Shown here in pieces: positions 19,318-29,890 of a DNA stretch of 64,000 bases (its first letter is position 1; the number at the start of each line of letters is the position of its first letter). Under the pieces are notes generated by a model that saw nothing but the letters and a program-made list of their open reading frames with translations, did no database searches and was not told where the DNA came from. The DNA comes from Desulfosoma sp. Lineage in GTDB: Bacteria > Desulfobacterota > Syntrophobacteria > Syntrophobacterales > DSM-9756. Both the position numbers and the translations under genes were made by a program. The stretch lies in assembly GCA_037481835.1 (NCBI GenBank), contig JBBFKW010000008.1, forward strand, positions 1-64,000, written 5' to 3'.

Positions 19318-19357
19318 AAAGCACCTCCTTTCCTTCGACCCTCTTACCCGGTCGGGT

Positions 19358-20467
19358 TCACTCCACAAACCAATCGTTTCGACTGAGGCATTCGCAGCCC
19401 CCGGCCGTGACGCGCACCATGTTTTCCAGCCGCACGCCTCCCAGGCCGGAGACGTAGATTCCGGGTTCCACCGTGAGCACCATGTTTTCCTGAAGCACGA
19501 CGGACGTCTTTTTCCCGTACCCCGGTTTTTCATGAACCGCAAGGCCGATCCCATGCCCCAACCCGTGGCCGAAGGCGCTCCCGTAGCCCGCTTTGTCGAT
19601 GATGCCTCGGGCGATGCCGTCCACCTCGTGGGAGTCCACCCCGGGGCGAATGGCATCCATGGCCGCCAGTTGGGCTTCGCGAACGATCCGGTAGATCTCC
19701 CGCATTTTGTCCGGAACCCGAGGCCCGAGCCACGTGCGGGTCATGTCAGAGCAGTATAGGCGCCATCGGGCGCCCAGGTCCAGAATCACGGCGTCTTCTT
19801 CGGTGATGAGGCGCTCGGTGGGAACAGCGTGGGGCAAAGCCCCGTTGGGCCCCGAAGCGACGATGGGCGGGAAAGAGACGGCCTCGGCGCCGGATTCCCG
19901 TATGCCCTTTTCAATGGCCCATGCGATTTCCCTTTCGCTCAGCCCCGGGCCCAGCCCTTGCCAGACCCTGTCGAAAACCGATTCGGCAAGATCCAGGGCG
20001 TGACGCATCCTTTCGATTTCCGACGGGTCCTTGACCATGCGGAAGGCTTCCACCAGGGGTTCCTCCCCCCACAGCTCGGCCTCCGAATTCACCTCCCGGA
20101 GCGCCTGCTCCACGTGCCGGAACCGCTCCACCGTCAGATGATGGGCTTCCACGCCCAGCCGACGGATACGGAAGGATCGAAACACATCGGGCAGCACCTG
20201 GGTCCAGCCCTCCCGGTACACCACGAGCTCATAGCCCGGAGCTTCCCGCGAGGCCTGTTCTTCGTATCGAAAATCCGTGAGCAGAGCCTGTCGGTCAAAG
20301 CCGATGAGGAGCTGGCCGGAACTTTCCGTCAGGTTCATGTCTTCGGCTTCGAACCCGCTCAAATAGTAGCGGTTTTCCGGCACGGTAACGAGCACGGCGT
20401 CCAAGGCCAAGCTTTCCATTTTCTTTCTCAAGGCATGCAGCCGACCGGCAAAAGGATCCGGCACCAT
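19358..20467 (-). CDS. Xaa-Pro aminopeptidase (M24B family)
   Basis: IVASGPNGALPH, LDLG, YCSDMTRT, HGLGHGIGL.VHE, TVEPGIY, GVRLEN. Confidence 0.93.
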   Translation of the reverse strand: MVPDPFAGRLHALRKKMESLALDAVLVTVPENRYYLSGFEAEDMNLTESSGQLLIGFDRQALLTDFRYEEQASREAPGYELVVYREGWTQVLPDVFRSFRIRRLGVEAHHLTVERFRHVEQALREVNSEAELWGEEPLVEAFRMVKDPSEIERMRHALDLAESVFDRVWQGLGPGLSEREIAWAIEKGIRESGAEAVSFPPIVASGPNGALPHAVPTERLITEEDAVILDLGARWRLYCSDMTRTWLGPRVPDKMREIYRIVREAQLAAMDAIRPGVDSHEVDGIARGIIDKAGYGSAFGHGLGHGIGLAVHEKPGYGKKTSVVLQENMVLTVEPGIYVSGLGGVRLENMVRVTAGGCECLSRNDWFVE

Positions 20468-20582
20468 GTTCTCTCCTTTGCGGCGTCTTGACAGAACCGT
20501 CCGCCTCCATTAAGCAGAATGGGCTCGGCGTTTTTCAATTTATGCCCCTTTCCCAAGCAGTGGGGCGACCAAAGGTGCACCC

Positions 20583-21014
20583 ATGTATGCACGCATGCTT
20601 GTTTTGCGTTTCCCCAAAGAGATTGTCGATAAACCCATCGTGACCAACCTCGTGCGCAATTACAACCTTTCTTTCAACATTCTTAAGGCCCAAATCTTTC
20701 CGCGCAAAGAGGGCCTCATGGTCATGGAACTTCGCGGAAACCGCAAGGATTATGAACGCGGCCTGCAGTACTTGAAAGATATCGGCGTCATCGTGGAATC
20801 CATCGCCCAGGGAATCCGCCGGGACGAGGAACGATGCTACCAGTGCGGCGCGTGCACGGCGGTATGCCCGACCGGGGCTTTACACATCAAACGGCCCGAA
20901 ATGGAAGTCCTTTTCGATTCGGAACGGTGCAGCGCCTGCGAACTGTGTGTCAAGACGTGTCCGGCTCGCGCCATGATCGTCTTGTTCGACCAAAAGATGA
21001 CCCTGGAAGTTTGA
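20583..21014 (+). CDS. NIL-domain / 2x[4Fe-4S] ferredoxin protein
   Basis: FNILKA in the N-terminal NIL domain; CYQCGACTAVCP and CSACELCVKTCP. Confidence 0.88.
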   Translation: MYARMLVLRFPKEIVDKPIVTNLVRNYNLSFNILKAQIFPRKEGLMVMELRGNRKDYERGLQYLKDIGVIVESIAQGIRRDEERCYQCGACTAVCPTGALHIKRPEMEVLFDSERCSACELCVKTCPARAMIVLFDQKMTLEV

Positions 21015-21073
21015 CCGGCCCCTGGAGCTCCCCCTCCGGGGACGCATTCGGCACATCAAGGAGGTCACACCCC

Positions 21074-21565
21074 ATGAATTACAGCGACACGGTCATGGAC
21101 CATTTCATGAACCCGAGAAACGTCGGCGAACTGGAACATCCGGACGGCATCGGCCAGATCGGCAACATCAACTGCGGAGACATCATGCGCATGACCATCA
21201 AGGTTGCGGACAACCGCATCGCGGACATCAAATTCAAGACGTTCGGCTGCGGGGCCGCCATCGCCGTCAGTTCCATGGTGACGGAAATGGCCAAGGGAAA
21301 AACCTTGGAAGAAGCCGTTCGAATCAACCGCGACGATGTGGCTCTGGCTTTGGGCGGCCTTCCGGAAAAGAAGCTCCACTGTTCCAACCTCGGCACGGAT
21401 GCCTTGAAAGCCGCCGTGAACGATTATTGGAAGAAGAACGGCCATCCGGAAAAGGTGGTGCCTTTGGAAGACGAGCATTTGGAACAGGAATCGGAACAAC
21501 AGCATGCGTGTTGCCATAGCCCTGAGCGGGGGGATGGACAGTCTTCGAGCCGCATGGCTTCTTAA
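21074..21565 (+). CDS. iscU: IscU/NifU-N-type Fe-S cluster scaffold
   Basis: YSDTVMDHFMNPRNVG, NCGD, FKTFGCGAAIA, KLHCSNL; ATG at 21074 with AGGAGG RBS. Confidence 0.92.
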   Translation: MNYSDTVMDHFMNPRNVGELEHPDGIGQIGNINCGDIMRMTIKVADNRIADIKFKTFGCGAAIAVSSMVTEMAKGKTLEEAVRINRDDVALALGGLPEKKLHCSNLGTDALKAAVNDYWKKNGHPEKVVPLEDEHLEQESEQQHACCHSPERGDGQSSSRMAS

Positions 21566-22619
21566 AGAGGCCGGCCATGAGGTGGTTGCCCTCCACATGC
21601 GGCTCTTTTCCCCATTGCCCGCCACCGGGCCCGGAGGCGCGCATGAATCCGATGCGGACAGGGAATCCCGCCTGCAGGTTCTCGCCTCCAGGCTGGGAAT
21701 CCCTCTTTTTGTCGTGGACTGCCGTGAGCCCTTTGAGCGTTTCGTTATCCGCCCGTTTATCGACGCCTATCGGCACGGTCTGACGCCCAACCCGTGCGTT
21801 TTGTGCAATCCCGCCGTCAAATTCGGATTTCTCCTGGACAAAGCCTTGGAAATGGGCGCGGAAAGGCTTGCGACCGGCCACTATGTGCGAACGCAGGCCC
21901 CCCAGAACCCCGGCGGGCGCTATGCCCTTCGGTGCGGTGCGGATGCCCGAAAAGATCAGTCCTACTTCCTTTACGGCTTGAGCCAGCGTCAGCTTTGCCT
22001 GGCCCTTTTCCCCTTGGGCGACGAAACGAAAGAATCGACGCGGGCATGGGCCGGAGCCCTCGGTTTCGACGGGCTCATCCCCGAGGAAAGTCAGGAAATC
22101 TGTTTCATTCCGTCGGGGGATTACCGCCGCTTTTTTGAGGACCGCGCTCCGGAAGCCGTTCGCGGGGCGGAAGGCCCCGTTCGGGACACGACCGGAGCCG
22201 TGATCGGGCGCCACAAAGGCCTTTTCCGGTATACGGTGGGGCAACGCCGAGGCATCGACATCCCCTCCAGCGCGCCCTATTACGTTTTGGCTCTGGATCC
22301 CGAAACCAACACCCTGTGGGTCGGCCGATCCAACGAGCTGTTCGAGGCGGAAGCCTTGGTCGGCGCCCTCAACTGGGTGTCCATCGACCCTCCCACCGAA
22401 CCTTTCCGCGCCATGGTGCGCCTTCGCCATCAGCACCGGCCCGCTCCCGCCGAAATCATTCCCTGCGGGGACGGCACGGCGCGAATCCGCTTCCATACGC
22501 CGCAGCGGGCCGTCACGCCGGGGCAGGCGGCCGTTTTTTACCGAGACGACCTGGTCTTGGGAGGCGGCCTGCTGCAAAAGAAAACCATGGAGCCGCCACG
22601 GCATGCGCGTCGCTCTTGA
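21504..22619 (+). CDS. mnmA: tRNA-specific 2-thiouridylase
   Basis: ALSGGMDS, TPNPCVLCN, ATGHY, KDQSYFL, SQEICF, YTVGQRRG, AVTPGQAAVFY. Confidence 0.96.
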   Translation: MRVAIALSGGMDSLRAAWLLKEAGHEVVALHMRLFSPLPATGPGGAHESDADRESRLQVLASRLGIPLFVVDCREPFERFVIRPFIDAYRHGLTPNPCVLCNPAVKFGFLLDKALEMGAERLATGHYVRTQAPQNPGGRYALRCGADARKDQSYFLYGLSQRQLCLALFPLGDETKESTRAWAGALGFDGLIPEESQEICFIPSGDYRRFFEDRAPEAVRGAEGPVRDTTGAVIGRHKGLFRYTVGQRRGIDIPSSAPYYVLALDPETNTLWVGRSNELFEAEALVGALNWVSIDPPTEPFRAMVRLRHQHRPAPAEIIPCGDGTARIRFHTPQRAVTPGQAAVFYRDDLVLGGGLLQKKTMEPPRHARRS

Positions 22620-23907
22620 AACCCTGGGCTGCAAGGTCAACCAATACGAAAGTGCGGCTTTCCTGCAAGGTTTCGCCCGAGATGGCTGGCAGGTGGTCCC
22701 TTTTTGCCAAAGAGCCGACCTTTACGCGGTGCACAGCTGCACCGTCACCAACAAGGCCGCCTACCAGACGCGGCAGTTGCTACGCCGGGCGCTCCGGACA
22801 AACCCGGAGGCTCGGATCGCCGTCATCGGGTGCGACGCGCAGATCCACTGGCAACAGCTGGCCCGGGAACGCCTCGCCACCCACATCATCGGCACCCGGG
22901 AAAAATTCCATCTCCAAAGGTGGCTGAAACAGGAGGGCACCCTGGATGCGCCTTGTTGCGCCGTAAGCGATCCCCGCACGGAGGGCGCCCTGGACCCCCT
23001 GCCTTTGACCGGGCTTCCGAGCGATCGCAGCCGCGCCTTTTTAAAGATCCAGGACGGCTGCGACGCTTTTTGCACCTACTGCATCGTGCCCTTCAGTCGA
23101 GGCTGCAGCCGGAGTCTGGATGCCGAGGCGGCGATCCGACAGCTGGAAAGCTTTGCCCTGTCGGGCAGCAACGAAGTGGTCCTCACCGGGATCCACCTGG
23201 GCCAGTGGGGATTGGATCTTCATCCCCGGACGAACTTGGCCCGGCTCCTCATGAGGATCAACGAAGCGAGACGCCCCGCACGAATCCGTCTCAGCTCTTT
23301 GGAATCCAAGGAAGTCGACGAAGATTTCCTGAAGGTTCTGGCCGCCCTGCCATGGATTTGCCCTCATTTTCATATTCCCATGCAAAGCGGCGACGCCGAA
23401 ATCCTTGCCGCCATGGGTCGCCCCTACGGGCCAGACGAATACGCCGAAACGATCCTTGCCCTCCATCGCCTGTTTCCCCGAGCCGCCTTGGGCGCGGACG
23501 TCATCGTGGGGTTTCCCGGAGAGACGGACCGACACTTCGCGCGCACGGTGCGGCTCGTGGAGGCCCTGCCCCTCACCTACCTCCACGTCTTTCCTTATTC
23601 ACCGAGACCCGGCACGCGGGCTTCGGCCATGGAAGGGCGCATCGTGGGAAAAGCCTTGAAAGAAAGAACCCGGATTCTGCGCGATCTGGGGCGACGCAAA
23701 AAAAGGCTGTTTCAGGAACGCTTCGTGGGATCGGTCCTGGAAGTCCTGGTGGAAACGTCCTTGGGACCGGGCCTGTGGAGCGGCACTTCGGAAAACTACC
23801 TGACCGTGATTTTCCAAGAAAGTCGTTCAACCGCCGCTGGGAACCTGGTGCCCGTGCGCATCGACCGGGTGACCGATTCCGGCCTTTGGGGCACGCCCCT
23901 GGGCTGA
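22603..23907 (+). CDS. mtaB: tRNA t6A37 methylthiotransferase (radical SAM)
   Basis: TLGCKVNQYES, SCTVT, KIQDGCDAFCTYC, EVVLTGIHLG, LHVFPYSPRPGT. Confidence 0.92.
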   Translation: MRVALETLGCKVNQYESAAFLQGFARDGWQVVPFCQRADLYAVHSCTVTNKAAYQTRQLLRRALRTNPEARIAVIGCDAQIHWQQLARERLATHIIGTREKFHLQRWLKQEGTLDAPCCAVSDPRTEGALDPLPLTGLPSDRSRAFLKIQDGCDAFCTYCIVPFSRGCSRSLDAEAAIRQLESFALSGSNEVVLTGIHLGQWGLDLHPRTNLARLLMRINEARRPARIRLSSLESKEVDEDFLKVLAALPWICPHFHIPMQSGDAEILAAMGRPYGPDEYAETILALHRLFPRAALGADVIVGFPGETDRHFARTVRLVEALPLTYLHVFPYSPRPGTRASAMEGRIVGKALKERTRILRDLGRRKKRLFQERFVGSVLEVLVETSLGPGLWSGTSENYLTVIFQESRSTAAGNLVPVRIDRVTDSGLWGTPLG

Positions 23908-24076
23908 CCCGAGAATTTTTTGAAACCGGCTCCGGAATCGCCCTACCCTGTCTTGTTTCACATCCCGAGTGCGCCTCCCACACCGCACCCCTTCCAATGG
24001 CCTCGGTCATGGCCGGCAACCATGCTTCTCCAGGAGGTCTTGGCGCCCCCGCGTTCGTTTGCCGTTCTCTTTCGCG

Positions 24077-25774
24077 CTAGTTCGGCTCAAAGAGATAGAA
24101 GCTCATGAGCCGGGGATCCGGAGGATTGTCCGCGGTGAAGTTTTCCGTCTCTTCGCGGTACCGATCGAGCAGGGACGCCACGTACATCCAGGCGAGGCGC
24201 CGAGATGGGGGATCCTCGATCCGGCGGTGGATCTCTTCTTGAAACACGGCCTTCAGCTTTTCGGGCGTCGCCTCCCTAAAGAGCGTCGGCCACAGGGACA
24301 CGGGGATCGGTTCCACGGCCCAGGAACCCGTGAGGAAGGTGGTCCCGGCAGCCGTAAAAAGGAGAACGCCCAGGGTCACTTCTTCCAAAATGCGCACCTG
24401 GCCTTCGGGCCACAGTCTCTTGCGAAGGTCTTCGGCCGAAACGGGCAGCCCAGAAAAGAGCGCCCCGAGGGATTCCACGACGGCGACGCATTGGCGGGCT
24501 TCGTGGAGATCCCGTCGGTCGTGGAGGAACGTTTCCACGAGCCGAGGCCGATCCACCCCCTCCAGGCGGCACATCTTGGGAGTTTTTTGAAGGAGGGCGC
24601 CGATTTTGTCCGCCCATGGGGCGTCCAGGATCGTGCGTCCCGTGGGCCATGCGGCAATCCACCCCTTGGTGACGATGGCCTTGAGCTTTCTTTGCAACCC
24701 GTAAACTTTTCCCTGGGCCGCGCGGAAGAGATGTTCCAGATAGACGCGTTCCAAAACGCCGTGGGCCAGGGATTCGTCCCCGGCGGTGAGCAGCTCCAAG
24801 CCCAAGTTGACCATGGCCGCCGCTTTTGCCGCCGCTTCGTGGAGATCTTCCGGAACGTCGGGAGCCAAGCCGTCGGCCACGACGATCTTGTTGGCGATGG
24901 CAGCCATTTCCCAGCGGAGCGCGTCGGCAACATGGGGATCGTCCAGGTCCGCCAGCACCCTCTGGAGCAAAGCCCCTTGTCGAACCACGGTGAGAGCGAA
25001 GCCCGGTGACGAAACCTCTTCGTCGTCCGAGACTGTGACGGGTACCGTCTTTTCGAAGGGGATGTCTCGAACATCAAGGGGCCTATAGATTTCCAGCGCG
25101 TCGTAGTAGTCCGGGATGGCCCGGTCTTCGAGACGCCCCCGGTGGAACCGATACGCCGCTTCTTCCATTTCGGGTTCCAACGCCCACAGGAGGTGGTCCA
25201 TGAGTTCCTTGTAAAAGCCGTAGTGCGTTTCGAATAGATAGCTCAGCACCTCGCGGATCAGGTCTTCGAACTGGGGGTAATTGGTTTCCCAAAAGTACTG
25301 GTCGTCCAGGGTGTTTTTGGGGAGAAAGTCCCGGGCTTCCAACGGGTCGGTCTCTTCGGGCATCTGGGCCACGCGGACCCATTTCTTGAATAGGGAAACG
25401 AGCAGTTCGAAATCCGCCGCGTAAAGCCACGCCAGAAGGCGCCTCGGATCGGCGCGAAACACCCTGTCCAGCCACTGGAGGCCCGGCCCGGGAAGGATCT
25501 GGTCCTTTCGCCACATTTCCAGATCGAAGACGTGCGTGATCTGGTCTACGGAGGCCAAGGCCAGGAGGGGCAACGCGTCTTCGGCGCCGATTTCCTTGAC
25601 CGTGAGGTAAAAATCCTGCTCGGGCATGGCCGCCACCACGGCCGCTGCATCCGGCCGGGCGATGATGGCCTCCATGCGCTGCTTGGCCGGAAGGGTCATG
25701 AGGTGCCGGACCATGGCCCGAGGCGGCAGTTTGCTTAATCGTTTGGTTTCAAAATCGATAACGTCTCTTTCCAT
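24077..25774 (-). CDS. Conserved hypothetical protein, DUF6178-like
   Basis: Long acidic helical ORF; LLALAS..QI..VFDLEMW.KD and EEAAYRFHRGRLED resemble DUF6178 proteins (recall only). Start may be 25774 or 25807. Confidence 0.6.
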   Translation of the reverse strand: MERDVIDFETKRLSKLPPRAMVRHLMTLPAKQRMEAIIARPDAAAVVAAMPEQDFYLTVKEIGAEDALPLLALASVDQITHVFDLEMWRKDQILPGPGLQWLDRVFRADPRRLLAWLYAADFELLVSLFKKWVRVAQMPEETDPLEARDFLPKNTLDDQYFWETNYPQFEDLIREVLSYLFETHYGFYKELMDHLLWALEPEMEEAAYRFHRGRLEDRAIPDYYDALEIYRPLDVRDIPFEKTVPVTVSDDEEVSSPGFALTVVRQGALLQRVLADLDDPHVADALRWEMAAIANKIVVADGLAPDVPEDLHEAAAKAAAMVNLGLELLTAGDESLAHGVLERVYLEHLFRAAQGKVYGLQRKLKAIVTKGWIAAWPTGRTILDAPWADKIGALLQKTPKMCRLEGVDRPRLVETFLHDRRDLHEARQCVAVVESLGALFSGLPVSAEDLRKRLWPEGQVRILEEVTLGVLLFTAAGTTFLTGSWAVEPIPVSLWPTLFREATPEKLKAVFQEEIHRRIEDPPSRRLAWMYVASLLDRYREETENFTADNPPDPRLMSFYLFEPN

Positions 25775-25967
25775 GATCCTCTCGAAAGAAGGCTCCGGGC
25801 ATGGCATGTCCCCAGGCGGAAGGCCGCGCGGGGCATAGACTCTTATTCGCCGGGGCGGTCAAAGTCAAGCCGCGGCCAAAGATTCCGCTTGATTGCGTGG
25901 GCTCGAATGCTTACGGTGATGCCTGGAAACGGCGCCGACACGGTGATCGAAACAAAGGAGTCCTCCT

Positions 25968-26735
25968 ATGCTGCTTATCGAAGATCTGGAAGTGGAACTG
26001 GCCGGAAAGAAGATTTTGAAGCACATCGACCTGGAAATCAAACCGGGTGAGACGCACATCCTTTTCGGCCCCAACGGATCCGGAAAGACATCCCTGCTCA
26101 TGACCATCATGGGCTATCCCCAGTACAAGGTCACGGGCGGAAAGATCATGTTCAAGGGCGTGGACATCACCCACCTGCCGATCAACGAACGGGCCAAGCT
26201 GGGTATCGGCATGGCCTACCAAAGGCCCCCCACGATCCACGGGGTCAAGACCCATCAGATGGTCAAGATTTGCGCTCAGGATCGGGAGGTGGACGTCTTG
26301 GAACTGGCCCGCAGGGTCAACTTCCAGGACTTCCTGGACCGGGACGTGAACGCGGGGTTTTCGGGAGGCGAAATCAAGCGCTCCGAACTCCTCCAACTCA
26401 TGGCCCAAAATCCCGACCTCATGCTCTTTGACGAACCCGAATCGGGCGTGGACATGGAAAACATCTCCCTTGTGGGTCAAACCATCGCCCGACTCCTTCA
26501 AAAGGAATGCACCCCGACGGACATTAAATCCATGCTTCAGGTGAAACGGGAACGGACCAAGATGGGTCTCATCATCACCCACACGGGCCATATCCTGGAA
26601 TATGTGAACGCGGATAAGGGTCAGGTTCTTTTCGACGGGGTGCTCAGCTGTTCGGACAATCCCCGAGGCATCCTGCAGTGCATCAGCGAAATGGGTTACG
26701 AGGAGTGTGTACGATGCCAAATCGCGAACAATTGA
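25968..26735 (+). CDS. sufC: SufC-like Fe-S assembly ATPase (SmsC type)
   Basis: [37 protein letters not shown]-terminal C...ECVRC. Confidence 0.88.
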   Translation: MLLIEDLEVELAGKKILKHIDLEIKPGETHILFGPNGSGKTSLLMTIMGYPQYKVTGGKIMFKGVDITHLPINERAKLGIGMAYQRPPTIHGVKTHQMVKICAQDREVDVLELARRVNFQDFLDRDVNAGFSGGEIKRSELLQLMAQNPDLMLFDEPESGVDMENISLVGQTIARLLQKECTPTDIKSMLQVKRERTKMGLIITHTGHILEYVNADKGQVLFDGVLSCSDNPRGILQCISEMGYEECVRCQIANN

Positions 26736-27940
26736 AGCAACGAGCCCTCAAAGCCGTCAACAAGCCGGCGGCCATCGGGACGGATATCGATCTCGGGCAG
26801 TTCGACCAGAGCCCCGTGGAACACCGGCCCTTGGGTCATGATGAGCTGTTGTCCCTTCCGGCCATCGAAAAGCAACGGCTCCTCATGGCGGGCATCGATG
26901 TGACGGAATCGGAGCGCAGCGGAACTTACATCCAAAAAGATACATCCGTGGTGCGCTGCGGCACCAAGCAGGAAGGCATTGAAGTCCTCCCCATCAAGAA
27001 GGCTCTGGAAAAGTACGATTGGATTTGGGATTATTACTGGAAACTCGTCGCCGTCGATGCGGATAAATACACCGCCGCCGTGGAACTCAACCTCCATGAC
27101 GGCTACGTCATCCGCGCCTTACCGGGGGCCAAGTCCATCTATCCCGTCCAGGCCTGCTTGTACCTCGACAAGCAAAACCTCCAGCAAAACGTCCATAACA
27201 TCATCATTGCCGAAGAAGATTCGGAGCTGCACATCATCACGGGTTGTTCCACATCGCCCCACATGACGCGCGGAGCCCACGTGGGCATTTCGGAATTCTT
27301 CGTGAAAAAGAACGCCAAGTTGAGCTTCACCATGATCCACAACTGGGCGGAAGACATGGCCGTTCGGCCCCGGTCCGTGGCTCGGGTCGAAGAAGGCGGC
27401 CTGTTTCTGAACAACTACGTGTGCATGAAGCCGGTCCGATCGCTCCAGATGTATCCGACCACGCACTTGGTCGGGGATAATGCCGTCGCGCGGTTTTACA
27501 GCATCATCGTGGGCAGTCCGGGATCCGAATACGACGTGGGTGGCCGCGTCTATCTCAAAAAACCCGGCACACGGGCGGAAATCGTGGCCCGCACCATCAG
27601 CAACGGCGGGAAGATCATCGCGCGAGGCCACCTCATCGGCGAAGTGCCGGACATTAAGGCGCATCTGGAATGCAAAGGCCTCATCCTCAACGGCGGCATC
27701 ATCCATGCCATCCCGGAGCTAGAAGGCCATGCGGACGGCGTGGAGATGAGCCACGAGGCGGCGGTGGGAAAAATCGCGGCGGAAGAGATCGCCTACCTCA
27801 TGTCCCGCGGCCTGAGCGAAGACGAGGCGACGGCGACCATCGTGCGAGGCTTCCTCAGTGTGGACATTCCCGGGCTGCCGCCGCAGCTCAAGGCGGAAAT
27901 CGACCGGGCGGTGGAGCAAAGCGACAAGACGGTCATGTAA
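26714..27940 (+). CDS. sufB: SufB/SufD-family Fe-S scaffold (SmsB type)
   Basis: [51 protein letters not shown] at 26714. Confidence 0.88.
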   Translation: MPNREQLKQRALKAVNKPAAIGTDIDLGQFDQSPVEHRPLGHDELLSLPAIEKQRLLMAGIDVTESERSGTYIQKDTSVVRCGTKQEGIEVLPIKKALEKYDWIWDYYWKLVAVDADKYTAAVELNLHDGYVIRALPGAKSIYPVQACLYLDKQNLQQNVHNIIIAEEDSELHIITGCSTSPHMTRGAHVGISEFFVKKNAKLSFTMIHNWAEDMAVRPRSVARVEEGGLFLNNYVCMKPVRSLQMYPTTHLVGDNAVARFYSIIVGSPGSEYDVGGRVYLKKPGTRAEIVARTISNGGKIIARGHLIGEVPDIKAHLECKGLILNGGIIHAIPELEGHADGVEMSHEAAVGKIAAEEIAYLMSRGLSEDEATATIVRGFLSVDIPGLPPQLKAEIDRAVEQSDKTVM

Positions 27941-28059
27941 GACCTAAGGTCCCCAGGCCCCCAGGCGACACAAATGCAGTGCCTGAGAGGGCAAACGCCG
28001 GGCCAAAAGAAATGGGCTCTCACGCCTCGGCGTGAGGGCCCCCCCAAAAGGGAGACGTT

Positions 28060-28392
28060 ATGAAAGCGGCTCTACGATGCCTGACTTTGCTGGTGATCAT
28101 GGCGGTCGCCCTTTCCGCTCACCCGGTTTCGGCCGCGGATGGGGTTCCACCCTCGCAAACGGCGGCACAAGGAAGCCCGGACGGCGGGATCATGATTGCA
28201 GACGTTTTGATCGCCCGCCCCATCGGGATCGCCGCCTGCGTCCTGGGCCTCGTGGGAACGGTGCTTGCCGCGCCTTTTGCGGCCGCCTCGGGAAACATGG
28301 ACGAAGTGACTCAGCGCCTCGTCCAGGACCCTTTCGCTTACACCTTCCAAAGGCCCGTGGGGTATTTCCCCGGGGAACTACCCGCGCGGTGA
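28060..28392 (+). CDS. Small secreted/membrane hypothetical protein
   Basis: Signal peptide (…PVSA); MIADVLIARPIG...LV.DP.AYTF.RPVG pattern; GGAG RBS. Confidence 0.75.
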   Translation: MKAALRCLTLLVIMAVALSAHPVSAADGVPPSQTAAQGSPDGGIMIADVLIARPIGIAACVLGLVGTVLAAPFAAASGNMDEVTQRLVQDPFAYTFQRPVGYFPGELPAR

Positions 28393-28483
28393 GCCGCGCC
28401 GCCTGCCTGCACCGCCCTTTTTGCCCTGACGGCCTGCGGCGGTCCCCTTCGGGGCGCACTGTCGGCCGGACAAGGCCATGGGA

Positions 28484-29890
28484 TCAGCCGGCGATGACCT
28501 TCTTAAGGTCGATTTGATACCGCTTCATGCGGTTCCACACCGTAACGCGGCTCACCCCCAGAAGACGGGCCGCCTCGCTTTGGTTTCCTCCGGCCTGCTG
28601 CAGCGCCTCGATGAGTTCTTGGCGCCGATCTCGCTTCTTAGACCGTGCCGAACTCCCGGATCCCGATAAAGAACTCACCGCCGTCGCCTCCACCGTGCAC
28701 ACGGCGCTTTGACCCTGGGTCACATGCGGGGGCAAATGTTCCGGTCGGATCAGGCCGTCTTCCGCCACGACGCAGGCATATTCCAATGTGCTTTTCAGTT
28801 CCCGCACGTTTCCCGGCCAATCGTAAGCCATGAGCGCCGCCATGGCCTGGGGATGGACGCCTTGAATGTTCTTTCCTTTGCGGCGCTGCTGGTCGAGGAA
28901 AACATCCACCAAGAGGGGCAGGTCTTCCATTCTGTGGCGCAAGGGGGGCAGGTGTATGGGAATGACGTTGATCCGGAAGAAAAAATCCTCGCGGAAGGCC
29001 CCTTCCCGGACCATTTTGGGAAGATCCCGGTTGGTGGCCGTAATGATGCGCACATCCACGGGAATGGGCCGGTGATCCCCGACCCGTTCCACGGTCTTGT
29101 TTTCCAGAACGCGCAGGAGCTTGACCTGGATGGACAGGGGCACGTCCCCGATTTCATCCAAAAAGATGTCTCCGCCGTTGGCCGCTTCGAAACGCCCTTC
29201 CCGGTGACTCGTCGCCCCCGTGAAGGCGCCTTTCACGTGGCCGAACAGCTCGCTTTCCAAGAGCGATTCATTGAGGGCCGCGCAGTTGACCTGGATGTAC
29301 GGGCCGTTGCGATGCGGCCCCAGGTCGTGAATGGCTCGGGCGATGAGCTCTTTTCCCGTGCCGCTTTCTCCGTAAATGATCACCGGAGCATCGCTTTGCG
29401 CCGCCTTTTCGGTCAGATCGAAGACCTTCTGCATGACGGGGGAGGTGCCGATGATGCCGCGAAAGCCCTTTTCACTGTCCAAGAGGCGGGAGAGGCGCAC
29501 GATCTGTTCTTCTTTGCGGTCCAGTTCGGAAATGTCCGTAAGGGTTTCCACGGCGCCGATGACCCGGCCGTTTTCATCCTTCAAAACGGAGGCGTTTTTA
29601 AGCACGTGCACGTAGCCGCCGTCTTTTCGCACGACGACGCACCGCTTGTGGTGCAGACTTCCCGAGACGAAAAGAGAGCACCAGACAGGGGCGCCGTCGC
29701 GCCGCTCCCCTTCGCAGCTGTCGCAGTGGAACAAAGTGCAGGACTTGCCCAGGAGTTCCTTCCGCGTGTAGCCGGTAATGCGGCAGAGCGCTTCGTTGAC
29801 CAAGAGGATGGATCCCTCCGGAGCGACCACCATCAGGCCGTCGTTCATCGTGTTGACGATCTGTTCCAAGTACGCGCGAATATCGGCCAT
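28484..29890 (-). CDS. Sigma-54-dependent transcriptional activator (Cys-rich PAS - AAA+ - Fis HTH), 468 aa
   Basis: GESGTGKE, ESELFGHVKGAFTGA, FLDEIG, WPGNVREL, GNQSEAARLLGVSR; ATG at 29890. Confidence 0.93.
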   Translation of the reverse strand: MADIRAYLEQIVNTMNDGLMVVAPEGSILLVNEALCRITGYTRKELLGKSCTLFHCDSCEGERRDGAPVWCSLFVSGSLHHKRCVVVRKDGGYVHVLKNASVLKDENGRVIGAVETLTDISELDRKEEQIVRLSRLLDSEKGFRGIIGTSPVMQKVFDLTEKAAQSDAPVIIYGESGTGKELIARAIHDLGPHRNGPYIQVNCAALNESLLESELFGHVKGAFTGATSHREGRFEAANGGDIFLDEIGDVPLSIQVKLLRVLENKTVERVGDHRPIPVDVRIITATNRDLPKMVREGAFREDFFFRINVIPIHLPPLRHRMEDLPLLVDVFLDQQRRKGKNIQGVHPQAMAALMAYDWPGNVRELKSTLEYACVVAEDGLIRPEHLPPHVTQGQSAVCTVEATAVSSLSGSGSSARSKKRDRRQELIEALQQAGGNQSEAARLLGVSRVTVWNRMKRYQIDLKKVIAG

